NCBI GenBank assembly: GCA_944384425.1
Contig: CALWTI010000002.1
Span: 448 to 64,447 of the forward strand
Direction: 5' to 3'
DNA from: an uncultured Clostridia bacterium
Lineage (GTDB): Bacteria > Bacillota > Clostridia > Christensenellales > UBA1242
DNA length: 64,000 bases
Shown here: positions 8,754 to 18,703 of the stretch, one piece after another
How the letters are laid out: the number at the start of each line of letters is the position of its first letter
How positions within the stretch are numbered: position 1 is the stretch's first letter
The notes under the pieces: model-generated
What the model saw: only the letters and a program-made list of their open reading frames with translations
Database searches by the model: none
Told to the model about the DNA's origin: nothing
Program-made: the position numbers and the translations under genes

Positions 8754-9716
8754 TTATTTTTTATTAAACTCTCTCAAATCTTTTAATGTCAATGTCTTTG
8801 TTTTTAATAATTGTAGCAATTCTGATATTCTATCCAAATCGTCACGAGAATAGTAATCAATATAAATTCTGCCTTTTCTATCACTACCAATAGCTGAAAC
8901 TTTGGTTGCGAACACCCTTTGCATTTCATCAATAAGCTCTTTAAGCTCCATACTTTGTTGTGGTGGTTGATGTTTAGGCTTTGCGTCTGGGTTAAGATAC
9001 TGCTTAACAAGCTTTTCAAGCTCTCTAACAGTGATTTTTCCGTCACATGCCGCCGTTGCAAACTTTAATTGAGCTCTTGAGTCAGTAATGACAACCAAGC
9101 TTCTTGCATGTCCTGCTGAAAGCCTATTTTGTTCAACAAGTTTGATAACGTCAGGGGAGAGTGATAAAAGTCTTAAAGTATTTGCAATATTTGGACGACT
9201 TATACCAATTCTATCAGCAACTGTCTCTTGCGTAAAGTTATATTCGTCCATAAGTTGTTTAATTGCTCTTGCTGCTTCTATTGGGTTTAAGTCTTCTCTT
9301 TGCAAATTCTCTATAATAGAGATTTCCTTGATTTGTCTTTCAGTATAGTTCTTAACAATGCAAGGAACAGTGTCCAGTCCTGCAATTTTAGAAGCTCTCC
9401 ATCTTCTTTCACCAGCAATAATTAAATACCCATCACCGTCAGTATTGACCACGATAGGTTGAATTACTCCATGCGTGCGAATTGATGCAGCAAGTTCATT
9501 CAACGCATCTTCATCAAAATGCTTACGTGGCTGGTTTGGATTTGCGTGAATTTTGTTGATTTCAATTTCATTTACGCCTGAGGTTTGCTTCTTTTCTGTG
9601 GTTTCTGGCTTTACTGCTGTCTGTTCTGCATTGTTTTCCATATCTGCCACTTCTTCATCATATATAGATAAAAGCGCTCCGAGTCCTTTTCCTAACCCCA
9701 TTTTCTTTTGTGACAT
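8754..9716 (-). CDS. parB: Chromosome partitioning protein ParB/Spo0J
   Basis: GLGKGLGALL, the ParB box IIAGERRWRASKIAG and the HTH FTQETVADRIGISRPNIANTLRLL are present. The ATG at 9716 follows the parA stop. The track start at 9725 is a GTG. Confidence 0.93.
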   Translation of the reverse strand: MSQKKMGLGKGLGALLSIYDEEVADMENNAEQTAVKPETTEKKQTSGVNEIEINKIHANPNQPRKHFDEDALNELAASIRTHGVIQPIVVNTDGDGYLIIAGERRWRASKIAGLDTVPCIVKNYTERQIKEISIIENLQREDLNPIEAARAIKQLMDEYNFTQETVADRIGISRPNIANTLRLLSLSPDVIKLVEQNRLSAGHARSLVVITDSRAQLKFATAACDGKITVRELEKLVKQYLNPDAKPKHQPPQQSMELKELIDEMQRVFATKVSAIGSDRKGRIYIDYYSRDDLDRISELLQLLKTKTLTLKDLREFNKK

Positions 9717-9717
9717 A

Positions 9718-10533
9718 TTACACACTCCTTATTTTAATTTTTGTATTTTTAGTTATTTTTTTATAACTAATTTTGTTTCTATCTAATATTTCTTCTGCTA
9801 AACTTAAATATGCATTCGCACCTTTTGATGATGTGTCATACAAAAGTATAGGTAGCCCATGACTTGGTGCTTCTGCCAAACGCACATTTCTTGGTATATA
9901 CGTGTCATACACCTTAGTGCTGAAAAACTTTCTAACTTCTTCACTAACTTGCGCAACAAGGTTAGAACGATTGTCTTTCATTGTAAGGACAACGCCTTCT
10001 ATTTTTAAACTTGGATTTAGGTGATGAATTATAAGTCTTATGGTATTCATAAGTTGAGTTAGCCCTTCAAGTGCGAAAAATTCACATTGAATAGGAATGA
10101 TGACACTATCTGCGGCAGTTAGCGCATTGACAGTCAAAAGTCCTAGCGATGGGGGACAGTCAATCAAGATAAAGTCATATCTATCTTTTATTCTTTCAAG
10201 CGCTTTTTTAACAACGTGTTCTCTTGAAGGCATTTGAACAAGGTCAATCTCTGCGCCAGCAAGGTCGACTGTTGATGGTATCAAGTCAAGACCATCAACA
10301 ATTGTTGGAACAATGACTTCGTCAATCATAACTTCTTTATCTATAACATTATAAAGTGTTTTTAAATCATTGGTTTTTTCAACACCAACGCCACTAGTCG
10401 CATTGCCTTGGGGGTCCATATCAATAATAAGAACTTTAAGTCCCATGGCTGCCATATAGGCTGCAACATTTATACAGGTAGTGGTTTTTCCAACTCCGCC
10501 TTTTTGATTAGCAAATGCTATTGTTTTACCCAT
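9718..10533 (-). CDS. parA: ParA/Soj ATPase
   Basis: The deviant Walker A reads IAFANQKGGVGKTTT. IIDMDPQGNAT and LIDCPPSLG are also present. Confidence 0.93.
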   Translation of the reverse strand: MGKTIAFANQKGGVGKTTTCINVAAYMAAMGLKVLIIDMDPQGNATSGVGVEKTNDLKTLYNVIDKEVMIDEVIVPTIVDGLDLIPSTVDLAGAEIDLVQMPSREHVVKKALERIKDRYDFILIDCPPSLGLLTVNALTAADSVIIPIQCEFFALEGLTQLMNTIRLIIHHLNPSLKIEGVVLTMKDNRSNLVAQVSEEVRKFFSTKVYDTYIPRNVRLAEAPSHGLPILLYDTSSKGANAYLSLAEEILDRNKISYKKITKNTKIKIRSV

Positions 10534-10673
10534 ATTTTCTCCAAAATAAAAAATAAATTTTTACTTGTATTTATTATATCATAAAATGTCAAAAAATCAA
10601 TAAAAAAACACCTTATAAATTATAAGGAACAAGATATATTGACTTTGTGGCAATTAAGTAATATTATATTTAT

Positions 10674-11774
10674 ATGGAAATATTATCAGACAACAAACAT
10701 GAAATTGTAGAAAAATTTGTAAAGATTTTAGATACAAAAAGTTTGATTTTTAAAAGCACAAGAATTGCTCTGTGTTATCTTTTTGCTCAATATTGTTTAA
10801 GCGACCTTAATATTGAACAATGCTTTATGAATTTTGAAAAAAAAATAAAAGGCAATTATGGATCTTTTTTAGGAGACACAATTTCTTTGAATACAATGTA
10901 TCTAAAAAAAGATTTGTCTTTAATGTTGAACACAATTGCGCACGAAATTAGACATAAAAAACAATCGGATAACCCTAAATTAAAAAAAATAAATCAAAAA
11001 AATATAATTACATATCCAATAGAACATTATAATCCTTTAATTTTGTTTTTTTTAAATGACGAAACATCTTGGAATCATTCAATGTATTTTTGTTCTAAAA
11101 GAGAAAAAGACGCCCGCGAATACGCATTAGAAATATTTGAAAAATTTTTAATTGATGTTAAGCTTCAAAATACTGCTTTTTCAACTGCTTGGGCCAATAA
11201 AATGCTGGAAAAAAACGACATATTTAAAAATAGAGAAAAAGAGTCATACAATACTGAGTTAAAAAACATTACTGATTTATCAGAAAAAATAAAAAAAGAT
11301 GCATCAAATTTAATAAACAAATTAATTGATAAGTCTTTGGGAGAAAAGATACCTTTTTCAAACAACATTTTTGAATATTACACAAAAAATACCATGAAAG
11401 AAAAAAATTCTTTTGCAAAAACATATTCAATATTATTAAATTATGTCAATTCAGACGAAATTTGTCAAAAGCTATATGACGCAAGCATAAAAATTAAAGA
11501 CGTTGACACTTTGAGTATGATGGTAAATCACTATTATGTCAATTTGTCAGAGCAACAGATATTAAAATTTCTTTTTCTTGTCCTTGAAAAACGCTCATTA
11601 AATTATTTTGATGCAAAACAATATTTTCTGTTTGGTTTTGATAATGAAAACATTGTTTATTTAACAAAAAAATATAATGAGGAACTGGAAAAATATTCGT
11701 CAAACAACAACCAGAAAAAAGACGAATTTAAGCAAAAAGATGATAAAAACAATGAAAATAATCTAAATTTTTAA
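10674..11774 (+). CDS. Hypothetical protein with an HExxH zinc-protease-like motif
   Basis: The 366 aa ORF is very AT-rich and K/N-rich. It carries NTIAHEIRHKKQ (codons at 10941..10955). It lies on the opposite strand to the surrounding operon. No family was recognised. Confidence 0.55.
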   Translation: MEILSDNKHEIVEKFVKILDTKSLIFKSTRIALCYLFAQYCLSDLNIEQCFMNFEKKIKGNYGSFLGDTISLNTMYLKKDLSLMLNTIAHEIRHKKQSDNPKLKKINQKNIITYPIEHYNPLILFFLNDETSWNHSMYFCSKREKDAREYALEIFEKFLIDVKLQNTAFSTAWANKMLEKNDIFKNREKESYNTELKNITDLSEKIKKDASNLINKLIDKSLGEKIPFSNNIFEYYTKNTMKEKNSFAKTYSILLNYVNSDEICQKLYDASIKIKDVDTLSMMVNHYYVNLSEQQILKFLFLVLEKRSLNYFDAKQYFLFGFDNENIVYLTKKYNEELEKYSSNNNQKKDEFKQKDDKNNENNLNF

Positions 11775-12472
11775 ACAATAGGGTTTGTTTTTGGTAAATT
11801 TTTTGGTCTTGGATATTTTGTCGGCGTGCTTGAAATCTTTGAAATAATTATATTTGTCCTTATACTATTTTCTTCTTTTATTATTACATTTTGTAGTTTT
11901 TCAATTTTGCCACCAAGCATTTTTATTGCATTGCCTGCTTCTTTCATTTCGTCTTCGGCTTTTAAACTCTTGTATGCTATCATTATTCCACCACATCTTA
12001 CAAGTGGCAAACAATATTCGCACAAGGTGTTAAGCTTTGCGACTGCACGCGACACGCAAACATCGTAACTTTCTCTATTTTGTTTTGCCAAGTCCTCGGC
12101 GCGTGAGTGTATACATATTGTATTTTCAAACTTAAATATTTCAACAACTTTCTTTAAGAAGTTTATTCTTTTTTGCAAACTGTCAAGAAGTGTAAGTTTT
12201 ATGTCAGGTCTAAGTATTTTTAAAGGAATGCCAGGAAGCCCAGCACCAGTGCCTACATCAACAACACGTGCATTTTGGGGTATTATTTTTATTGGCAACA
12301 CGCTGTCAAGAATATTCTTTATTGCAAAATCTTTTTTGTCGACTATGCGCGTTAAATTAAGTGTCTTGTTTTGCTCAATAACAATATTATAATATTTGTT
12401 TAATTTAATAAGTGCTTCATCGGTGTAGGGAATTTCATATTTGTCAAAAAGTTGTTTTAATGTTTCAATCAT
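11771..12472 (-). CDS. rsmG: 16S rRNA (guanine527-N7)-methyltransferase
   Basis: VVDVGTGAGLPGIPLKI is present and the 233 aa length fits. The gene sits in the conserved position after mnmG. Confidence 0.9.
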   Translation of the reverse strand: MIETLKQLFDKYEIPYTDEALIKLNKYYNIVIEQNKTLNLTRIVDKKDFAIKNILDSVLPIKIIPQNARVVDVGTGAGLPGIPLKILRPDIKLTLLDSLQKRINFLKKVVEIFKFENTICIHSRAEDLAKQNRESYDVCVSRAVAKLNTLCEYCLPLVRCGGIMIAYKSLKAEDEMKEAGNAIKMLGGKIEKLQNVIIKEENSIRTNIIISKISSTPTKYPRPKNLPKTNPIV

Positions 12473-12474
12473 AT

Positions 12475-14343
12475 TTACCTCAAAGATTTTATATACATCA
12501 TAAGTATTGTCACATCAGCAGGGGACACGCCAGAAATTCTTGACGCCTGTCCTATTGATGACGGTCTTATGTTGGTTAATTTTTGTCTAGCCTCTATTCT
12601 TAGTCCTTTTAATGAGTTATAATCTATATTTTCAGGAATTAGCATATTCTCTTGCTTTTTGAAGTTCTCAATGTCCTCTTGTTCTTGTTTTAAATATCCT
12701 TCAAACTTTACTTCTGTATTTACATATTCAAGTGCACGCTTTGATATTCCGTCAAAAAGGTGAAAGTATTTATCTACATCAAATATGTCTATATTTGACC
12801 TTTTTATCATCTTTTTTACTGTTTGAGAAGTGTCAGGCAAACTTTCATTTTGTTTTTCATAAAGTCCTTTAAATTGCTCAACTTTGTATTTTTGCTCTAA
12901 AATTTCGTAAATTTTCGCTATTTCTTGCTGTTTTTTCTCAAATTTTTCCCATCTTGTGTCACTAACTAGCCCAATTTCTCTACCTATCGGTGTCAATCTT
13001 TTGTCTGCATTGTCTTGACGAAGGTGAAGTCTATACTCAGCACGTGAAGTCATCATTCTATATGGCTCATTTGTTCCTTTCGTTACAAGGTCGTCAATAA
13101 GAACGCCAATATACGCCTCATTTCGTTTCAAAACAAGTGGGGCTTTGTCATCTATGAATCTACTTGCATTTATCCCTGCAATAATGCCCTGAGCTGCCGC
13201 CTCTTCATAGCCACTTGTGCCGTTTATTTGTCCTGCGAAAAACAAACCTTTTATGTTTTTGTGCATAAGTGATGGATATAGCTCTGTGCTGTCTATTAGG
13301 TCATATTCAATAGCATAGGCGTCGCGCATAATTTGTGCATGTTCAAGACCTTCAATGGTTTTGTACATCTCTTTTTGAACGTCGACAGGGAGCGAAGTCG
13401 ACACGCCTTGAATATATACTTCATTTGTGTAAAGGCCCTCAGGCTCCAAAAATATTTGGTGACGAGTTTTGTCGGCAAACCTTACGATTTTGTCTTCAAT
13501 TGAAGGGCAGTATCTTGGGCCAACACCTTTTATTATTCCACTATACATTGGCGCACGAGAAAGGTTATTTCTTATTATCTCGTGAGTTTTTTCATTGGTG
13601 TAGGTGAGATAGCAGTCACGAATGTTTTTAGGTGGCGTTTCTGTTATGAAACTAAAAGTTTGAATACCTTCTTCACCATGCTGAACGCTGAGTTTTGAAT
13701 AGTCTATTGTTCTGCCGTTCATTCTTGCGGGTGTGCCTGTTTTAAATCTTTTTATTGTTATTCCAAGATTTTTCAAACTGTCGCTTAACGTCTCAGAACG
13801 CAAAAAGCCGTTTGGACCGCTTTGTTTACTGTATTCGCCAATGATTATTTTACTTTTAAGATAAACCCCACTGCAAATAACAACTGCACTTGCAAAATAT
13901 GTTTCGCCCTGTGCCGTTTTTACTCCTTTGATGACATTATCTTCGCAAATAAGTTTTTCAACTTCGGCTTGCTTTATTGTTATATTCTCATTGTTTTCAA
14001 GCGTCTGTTTCATATTGTTATGATAAAGTTGTTTGTCGACCTGTGCACGAAGCGAGTAAACGGCTGGACCTTTGCCACGATTTAACATTCTTATTTGAAT
14101 TGCACTTTTGTCTGCGCAAACGCCCATTTCTCCACCAAGTGCATCAATTTCACACACAAGGTGACCTTTTGCCGTTCCACCAATACTTGGATTGCATGGC
14201 AAAAAACCGACAGCATCGAGGCTTATCGTAAGTAATAATGTTTTTTTTCCAAGTCTTGCTAAGGCTAGGGCACTTTCACAACCTGCGTGTCCACCACCTA
14301 TAACTATTGCATCAAAATTATCCATAATTATTTTCCTAAGCAA
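12475..14343 (-). CDS. mnmG: tRNA uridine-5-carboxymethylaminomethyl synthesis enzyme MnmG (GidA)
   Basis: The FAD motif reads FDAIVIGGGHAGCESALALAR. The conserved GPRYCPSIEDK and FFAGQINGTSGYEEAAAQG are also present. Confidence 0.95.
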   Translation of the reverse strand: MLRKIIMDNFDAIVIGGGHAGCESALALARLGKKTLLLTISLDAVGFLPCNPSIGGTAKGHLVCEIDALGGEMGVCADKSAIQIRMLNRGKGPAVYSLRAQVDKQLYHNNMKQTLENNENITIKQAEVEKLICEDNVIKGVKTAQGETYFASAVVICSGVYLKSKIIIGEYSKQSGPNGFLRSETLSDSLKNLGITIKRFKTGTPARMNGRTIDYSKLSVQHGEEGIQTFSFITETPPKNIRDCYLTYTNEKTHEIIRNNLSRAPMYSGIIKGVGPRYCPSIEDKIVRFADKTRHQIFLEPEGLYTNEVYIQGVSTSLPVDVQKEMYKTIEGLEHAQIMRDAYAIEYDLIDSTELYPSLMHKNIKGLFFAGQINGTSGYEEAAAQGIIAGINASRFIDDKAPLVLKRNEAYIGVLIDDLVTKGTNEPYRMMTSRAEYRLHLRQDNADKRLTPIGREIGLVSDTRWEKFEKKQQEIAKIYEILEQKYKVEQFKGLYEKQNESLPDTSQTVKKMIKRSNIDIFDVDKYFHLFDGISKRALEYVNTEVKFEGYLKQEQEDIENFKKQENMLIPENIDYNSLKGLRIEARQKLTNIRPSSIGQASRISGVSPADVTILMMYIKSLR

Positions 14344-15656
14344 AATTTGCTAAAAATTTCATCAATTATCGCTTCATTTGCTGTTTCTCCTGTAATTTCT
14401 CCCAATTTTTGCCAAATTTTTTTGATTTGCATATCAAGTATGTCTAGTGTGACGCTATTTTCACTTGTCACTTTTTCAATCATCTCTATTGCTTCTTTAA
14501 GCGCTTCATAGTGCCGTTTATTTGTTATTTGAAGTTGACTATAATCAATTTTATCAAGTTTTGTTTTTCTTAAAATCTCGTCAAATATAGTGTCAATATT
14601 TATATTTTGTTTTGCACTGACAACTATTGCATTATCTATATCAACTTTTTTAGGCATATCACTTTTGTTTATTACATAAATCACTTTTGACTTGTCAAGA
14701 TTTTTTTCAAGTTCTTTATCTTAATTATCAAGATTTTCGCTTCCTTCAATAACAAACAATATTATGTCACTTTGCTCTATTGTCTTTTTGCTTTTTTCAA
14801 CACCTATTTTTTCAACAATGTCATCACTTTCTCGTATTCCTGCGGTGTCAATAAAGTTTATTTTTAGACCTTTATAATTTACTGTCTCTTTGAGTGTGTC
14901 GCGCGTTGTTCCTTTGACATCTGTGACGATGGCTCTGTCTTCTTTGAGTAGTGCATTAAGAAGACTACTTTTACCAACATTTGGCTTACCAACAATAGCA
15001 ACATCAATACCAAACTTTATTTTTTCGCCATTTTTGTATGTTTTTTCCAAATTTTTTAATGTTTCAAGTGAGTTTTTCAAAATTTCGACAACTGCTTGTT
15101 CCGACATAGCCTCGTCGTCATGCTCTGGGTAGTCGAGCGCAACTTCCAAATTAGCAACGCCGTTTTTTAAGTCATCTTGAATTTTCTTGACTTGTTTAAA
15201 AAGAGAGCCTTCGGCTAGTTTACTTGACGCCTTTATTTCGGCGTCACTTGTGGCATTTATCATATCGATTGTTGCTTCGGCTTCATCAAGTGACATCTTT
15301 CCGTTCAAAAATGCACGCTTTGAAAACTCACCATTTTGTGCTAGCGATGCACCTTTTTCAACAATTCTATCCAAAACTTTAGTCGCAAGATATTCTCCGC
15401 CATGAATTTGAAATTCAACAACATCTTCGCCCGTGAAAGAATATGGGGCTTTGAAATAAACCATCATACATCTTTCTTTTGCGTCACCAAGGTCAAAATC
15501 ACCAAGATATAATAGGCGAGGGGTGATATCTGAATTTTGTAATTTTTTTGAATAAAAAAGACTGCGCCCAATTTTGAGTGCATCTTCTCCGCTAATTCTA
15601 ACTATTGCAATTCCACCACTACCAAGCGGTGTTGATATCTGTGCTATTGTACTCAT
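14328..15656 (-). pseudogene. mnmE: mnmE (tRNA modification GTPase) interrupted by one in-frame TAA
   Basis: ORF 14721..15656 encodes the N-domain and the G1-G3 motifs (GKPNVGKSSLLNAL, DTAG). ORF 14328..14684 encodes G4 (NKSD) and the C-terminal FCLGK. Both are in the same frame. Reading through gives ...EGSENLDN-TAA-DKELEKNLDKSKVIYVINKSD, with the TAA at 14721..14723. Confidence 0.85.
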
Positions 15657-15765
15657 ACGGATATTATATCACATACATCAAAAATGACAATACACTTTAA
15701 GGTCAATATTCTATTCTTTCGTATTATATTTTTATTATAATAGTTAGTTGTTTATTTTTGACTTT

Positions 15766-16719
15766 TTATAATTCTATTTCGTTGTTTAAATTTTTGTTTT
15801 GTTTGATACAACTAACAAACTCTTTTCTTATGTATTTATTAAGAGCAATTAAATAGTTTTTATAATTATTTGGTACTTTAATTCCTTTTTTTTGCAATAT
15901 TTGTATTGCTTCTTTCACATCAAAATTTTTTACAGCATTTATCAAAAATTCATAATATTTTTTATGTGTTTTTGCCAACTTGACAATGTCATTTATGTTT
16001 TCTTCATAATTGTGATTATTATTTATACAAAGACTTTTGATTGAACTTTGCATAAAATTCATGTCTTCAACCATATTGTGTACATTTACTTTTAAGTCAC
16101 ATGAAATGAATTTATCGATAGAAATTACTCCAAAAGCCATTTCATTATCTATAATTGGTGAGAGATATCTAAAATTGTTTTTCTTATCATCTATTATGTG
16201 AATATTCAACAAATGTCTATCTTGTTGCATAGACAAATAGTCAAATACTGTTAATTTAAAAAGGTCAAATTCAAAATCGGGGTCTAATACATATCCGTCA
16301 TCTTCTGTCTTTTCTTCAATTTCGTCAATTATTTCTCCCAAAGTAGAAGATTGAATATAGTTAGACACGTCGTATGCTGTCGTTAATTTTTGATGAGTTG
16401 AATTTACTTTGTAACTTACAAGCCCTTTAATTACTTTGCCGTTTTTATTGTCATAAGCAGGCTCATATGTCGCACAAGGAACATTTATCATTTTTGCAAG
16501 TTCATGGCACAAAAGTTCGTTTATATATCTATACTCTTTTATAGCTGGAAATAGGTAATCATCAAAAGTTTTGAATATCGCTTTCCCTTTTGGTAACAAA
16601 AACCATTTAGAACCGAAAGTTTGAGTTGAAATACCAATTGTATTTTTCTTATTTATTGTCTTAAATTTTTCTAAATCAATTGGTTTTAACTTTTCATATT
16701 TTTTTCTATTTTTTAACAT
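15766..16719 (-). CDS. HipA-like kinase-fold protein (HipA_C-type catalytic motifs)
   Basis: FDYLSMQQDRHLLNIHII matches the D-x-H-x-x-N catalytic loop. RYLSPIIDNE matches the L-[AST]-P-x-[YI]-D motif. The 317 aa ORF is very AT-rich and sits between jag and mnmE. No HipB-like partner is adjacent. Confidence 0.55.
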   Translation of the reverse strand: MLKNRKKYEKLKPIDLEKFKTINKKNTIGISTQTFGSKWFLLPKGKAIFKTFDDYLFPAIKEYRYINELLCHELAKMINVPCATYEPAYDNKNGKVIKGLVSYKVNSTHQKLTTAYDVSNYIQSSTLGEIIDEIEEKTEDDGYVLDPDFEFDLFKLTVFDYLSMQQDRHLLNIHIIDDKKNNFRYLSPIIDNEMAFGVISIDKFISCDLKVNVHNMVEDMNFMQSSIKSLCINNNHNYEENINDIVKLAKTHKKYYEFLINAVKNFDVKEAIQILQKKGIKVPNNYKNYLIALNKYIRKEFVSCIKQNKNLNNEIEL

Positions 16720-16785
16720 ACCTTGATTATATCACTAAGTGAATTTTTGCGCAATAGCAAAAAAAAGAACACAAATCGTGTTCTT

Positions 16786-17601
16786 TTAGTTCTTTTCTAT
16801 TTCTCTTATTATTAAATACCTGTGTGGCTCTTCGCCTTTTGAAAATGTTTCAATGTCTTCATAGTCAGCAAGTGCCATATGAATAACTCTTCTTTCTGCT
16901 GGTGTCATTGGTTCAAGTTTGACACTTGAATGAGTTTTTTGCACTTTTCTTGCCATACGCTGTGCAAGGGCAATGAGTGAACCCTCTCTTCTTTTCCTGT
17001 AACCGTCACAGTCAAGTCTTATTGGCTTTGCGTGTCTATCATTTTTTCCAACATAGACTGTACACAAATATTGAAGTGCGTTTAGTCCTTCTCCGCGATA
17101 GCCGATGATGTCACTGTAATTTTTAATGTCACCATATATTGCATCATCTTCTTCTCTAAGTTCAACTTCGGCGGTCAAACTAAGTTTATTTAAAAGTCCG
17201 TTCAAAAAATCTTTTGCTTTTTCTATTTCTGTTCTTGTGTCAGATTTTTTTTGTGCTTCTTTTTTTGTTGTATCTTTTTCTTTGTCTTCCACAAATGTTT
17301 CAGTTTCTTCTTCTATTTGTTGTGTCTCTTCATTCACATCTTCTTGCTTTTCAGCTTCTTCTTTATGCTCGGTTTCTTCGGATTTTTCTTCTTCGATTTT
17401 AATCTCTTCGCGTTTTTTGTCACGATTTTGATATTTTTCAACTTCGTCAGGGGAGATGGACACTCTGACTTTGGCTTTTCTAAAAAATCCACCTTCGTCA
17501 AGTATTTTTATGTCACAATCTTCTCTTGGCGCTTTTAATTCAAACAGTGCATTTTCTATTGCCTGTTCCAAATTTTTACCAGTCGCTTCTACTTCAAGCA
17601 T
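16786..17601 (-). CDS. jag: Jag/KhpB RNA-binding protein (Jag_N, KH and R3H domains) with a long E/K-rich linker
   Basis: The N-terminus reads MLEVEATGKNLEQAIENALFELK. The C-terminal R3H region reads MTPAERRVIHMALADYEDIETFSKGEEPHRYLII. The gene is in the conserved position after yidC. Confidence 0.88.
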   Translation of the reverse strand: MLEVEATGKNLEQAIENALFELKAPREDCDIKILDEGGFFRKAKVRVSISPDEVEKYQNRDKKREEIKIEEEKSEETEHKEEAEKQEDVNEETQQIEEETETFVEDKEKDTTKKEAQKKSDTRTEIEKAKDFLNGLLNKLSLTAEVELREEDDAIYGDIKNYSDIIGYRGEGLNALQYLCTVYVGKNDRHAKPIRLDCDGYRKRREGSLIALAQRMARKVQKTHSSVKLEPMTPAERRVIHMALADYEDIETFSKGEEPHRYLIIREIEKN

Positions 17602-17614
17602 AATTCCCTCCTAA

Positions 17615-18703
17615 TTAAATTCTTTTAAGCCTGTCCTTTGGCTCGTTTTTCTTCTCTTTGTGCTTGTCTATTGCATCGTTAATAGCATCAAATATTGGGG
17701 TCATAACAAGTCCTACAATTTGACCTGTTATCATGTAAAGTGAAAACATTGTGGTATAAAATAGTGTAAAGAACGCCATGAAAACTGTCATAAATATTGC
17801 TGTTCCGTATCCTAATTTTTGCGCGCCGCTTTGCTTGTTTTTTCTAATCACAAGCCATTGGTTCAAAAATGTTACGCCGGCGACAATTATGAGCAAAATA
17901 AAGTATCCATTAGTTCTTCCGTTTGACTCGCGAAGTGGGTCCATTATACTATCATAGACATTTTTAAATTCTTCATTTTCTTTTTCTTCTTTTGTCAGCC
18001 TTGCGACGCTTGCATACTCAGAGTATGAAGGAATTGAATTTTTGAAAGGACTGTCTGCCATCCAAATATTATCTATCCACAAAAAGCTTACTTTTGTCTG
18101 CTTGTACTTTTCAACAACATTTTGGTTCGCCGTCTCAATTATTTGTGTCTTTACTTCACCTTCTTCAAGTCCATTCATTATAGCAACAACAGGTGCACAT
18201 ACATCATAAACGCTTACTCCTTCTTGATTGAAGTTAAGTTCTATGCTGTTGTCTTCTGCGTATTCTTGAACATACGCTACCATAAGTTGTTCATACTGGT
18301 CTTGAATTTTGTAACTTGCCATTGCATTCATACCATTTAATAGGGTGATGAATATTGCAAGCGTTAAACCTAAATTTAAAACCATAATCCAACATGAGCC
18401 CATAGGGTTTATTTTTTCACGCTTGTATAGCTCTGCTAGTTTTTGATTTTTAAGGTTTGGATCATTTGCATACTTTTTGTTTATTGCGTCCATTTGTGGC
18501 TGAATTTTTGCTTGCATTTTCGCCATGTTTCTCGACGTTCTTCGGTTGAAAAAATCTATTGGCGACATAACAACTTTTATTATGAGCGTCAATAGAATAA
18601 TTGATATTGCAAAATTACCAATACCACTTTCAAAAAATGTTATTATTTTTTCCCACATTCCGTTTGGTTGAGTTGCCAACAGAGTTGAAATTAAATTAGC
18701 CAT
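17615..18703 (-). CDS. yidC: Membrane protein insertase YidC/Oxa1 family
   Basis: The 362 aa ORF is multi-TM. KMQAKIQPQMDAINKKY and NPMGSCW motifs are present. The gene is in the conserved position after rnpA-yidD. Confidence 0.88.
   Translation of the reverse strand: MANLISTLLATQPNGMWEKIITFFESGIGNFAISIILLTLIIKVVMSPIDFFNRRTSRNMAKMQAKIQPQMDAINKKYANDPNLKNQKLAELYKREKINPMGSCWIMVLNLGLTLAIFITLLNGMNAMASYKIQDQYEQLMVAYVQEYAEDNSIELNFNQEGVSVYDVCAPVVAIMNGLEEGEVKTQIIETANQNVVEKYKQTKVSFLWIDNIWMADSPFKNSIPSYSEYASVARLTKEEKENEEFKNVYDSIMDPLRESNGRTNGYFILLIIVAGVTFLNQWLVIRKNKQSGAQKLGYGTAIFMTVFMAFFTLFYTTMFSLYMITGQIVGLVMTPIFDAINDAIDKHKEKKNEPKDRLKRI

Noticed and set aside
14328-15656. Stop-codon reassignment (TAA as sense) or a programmed frameshift to explain the split mnmE
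   Set aside because: The two parts are in the same frame, so no frameshift is needed. TAA terminates many well-defined genes here (metK, thrS, rpmH, rpmG, parA), so reassignment is untenable.
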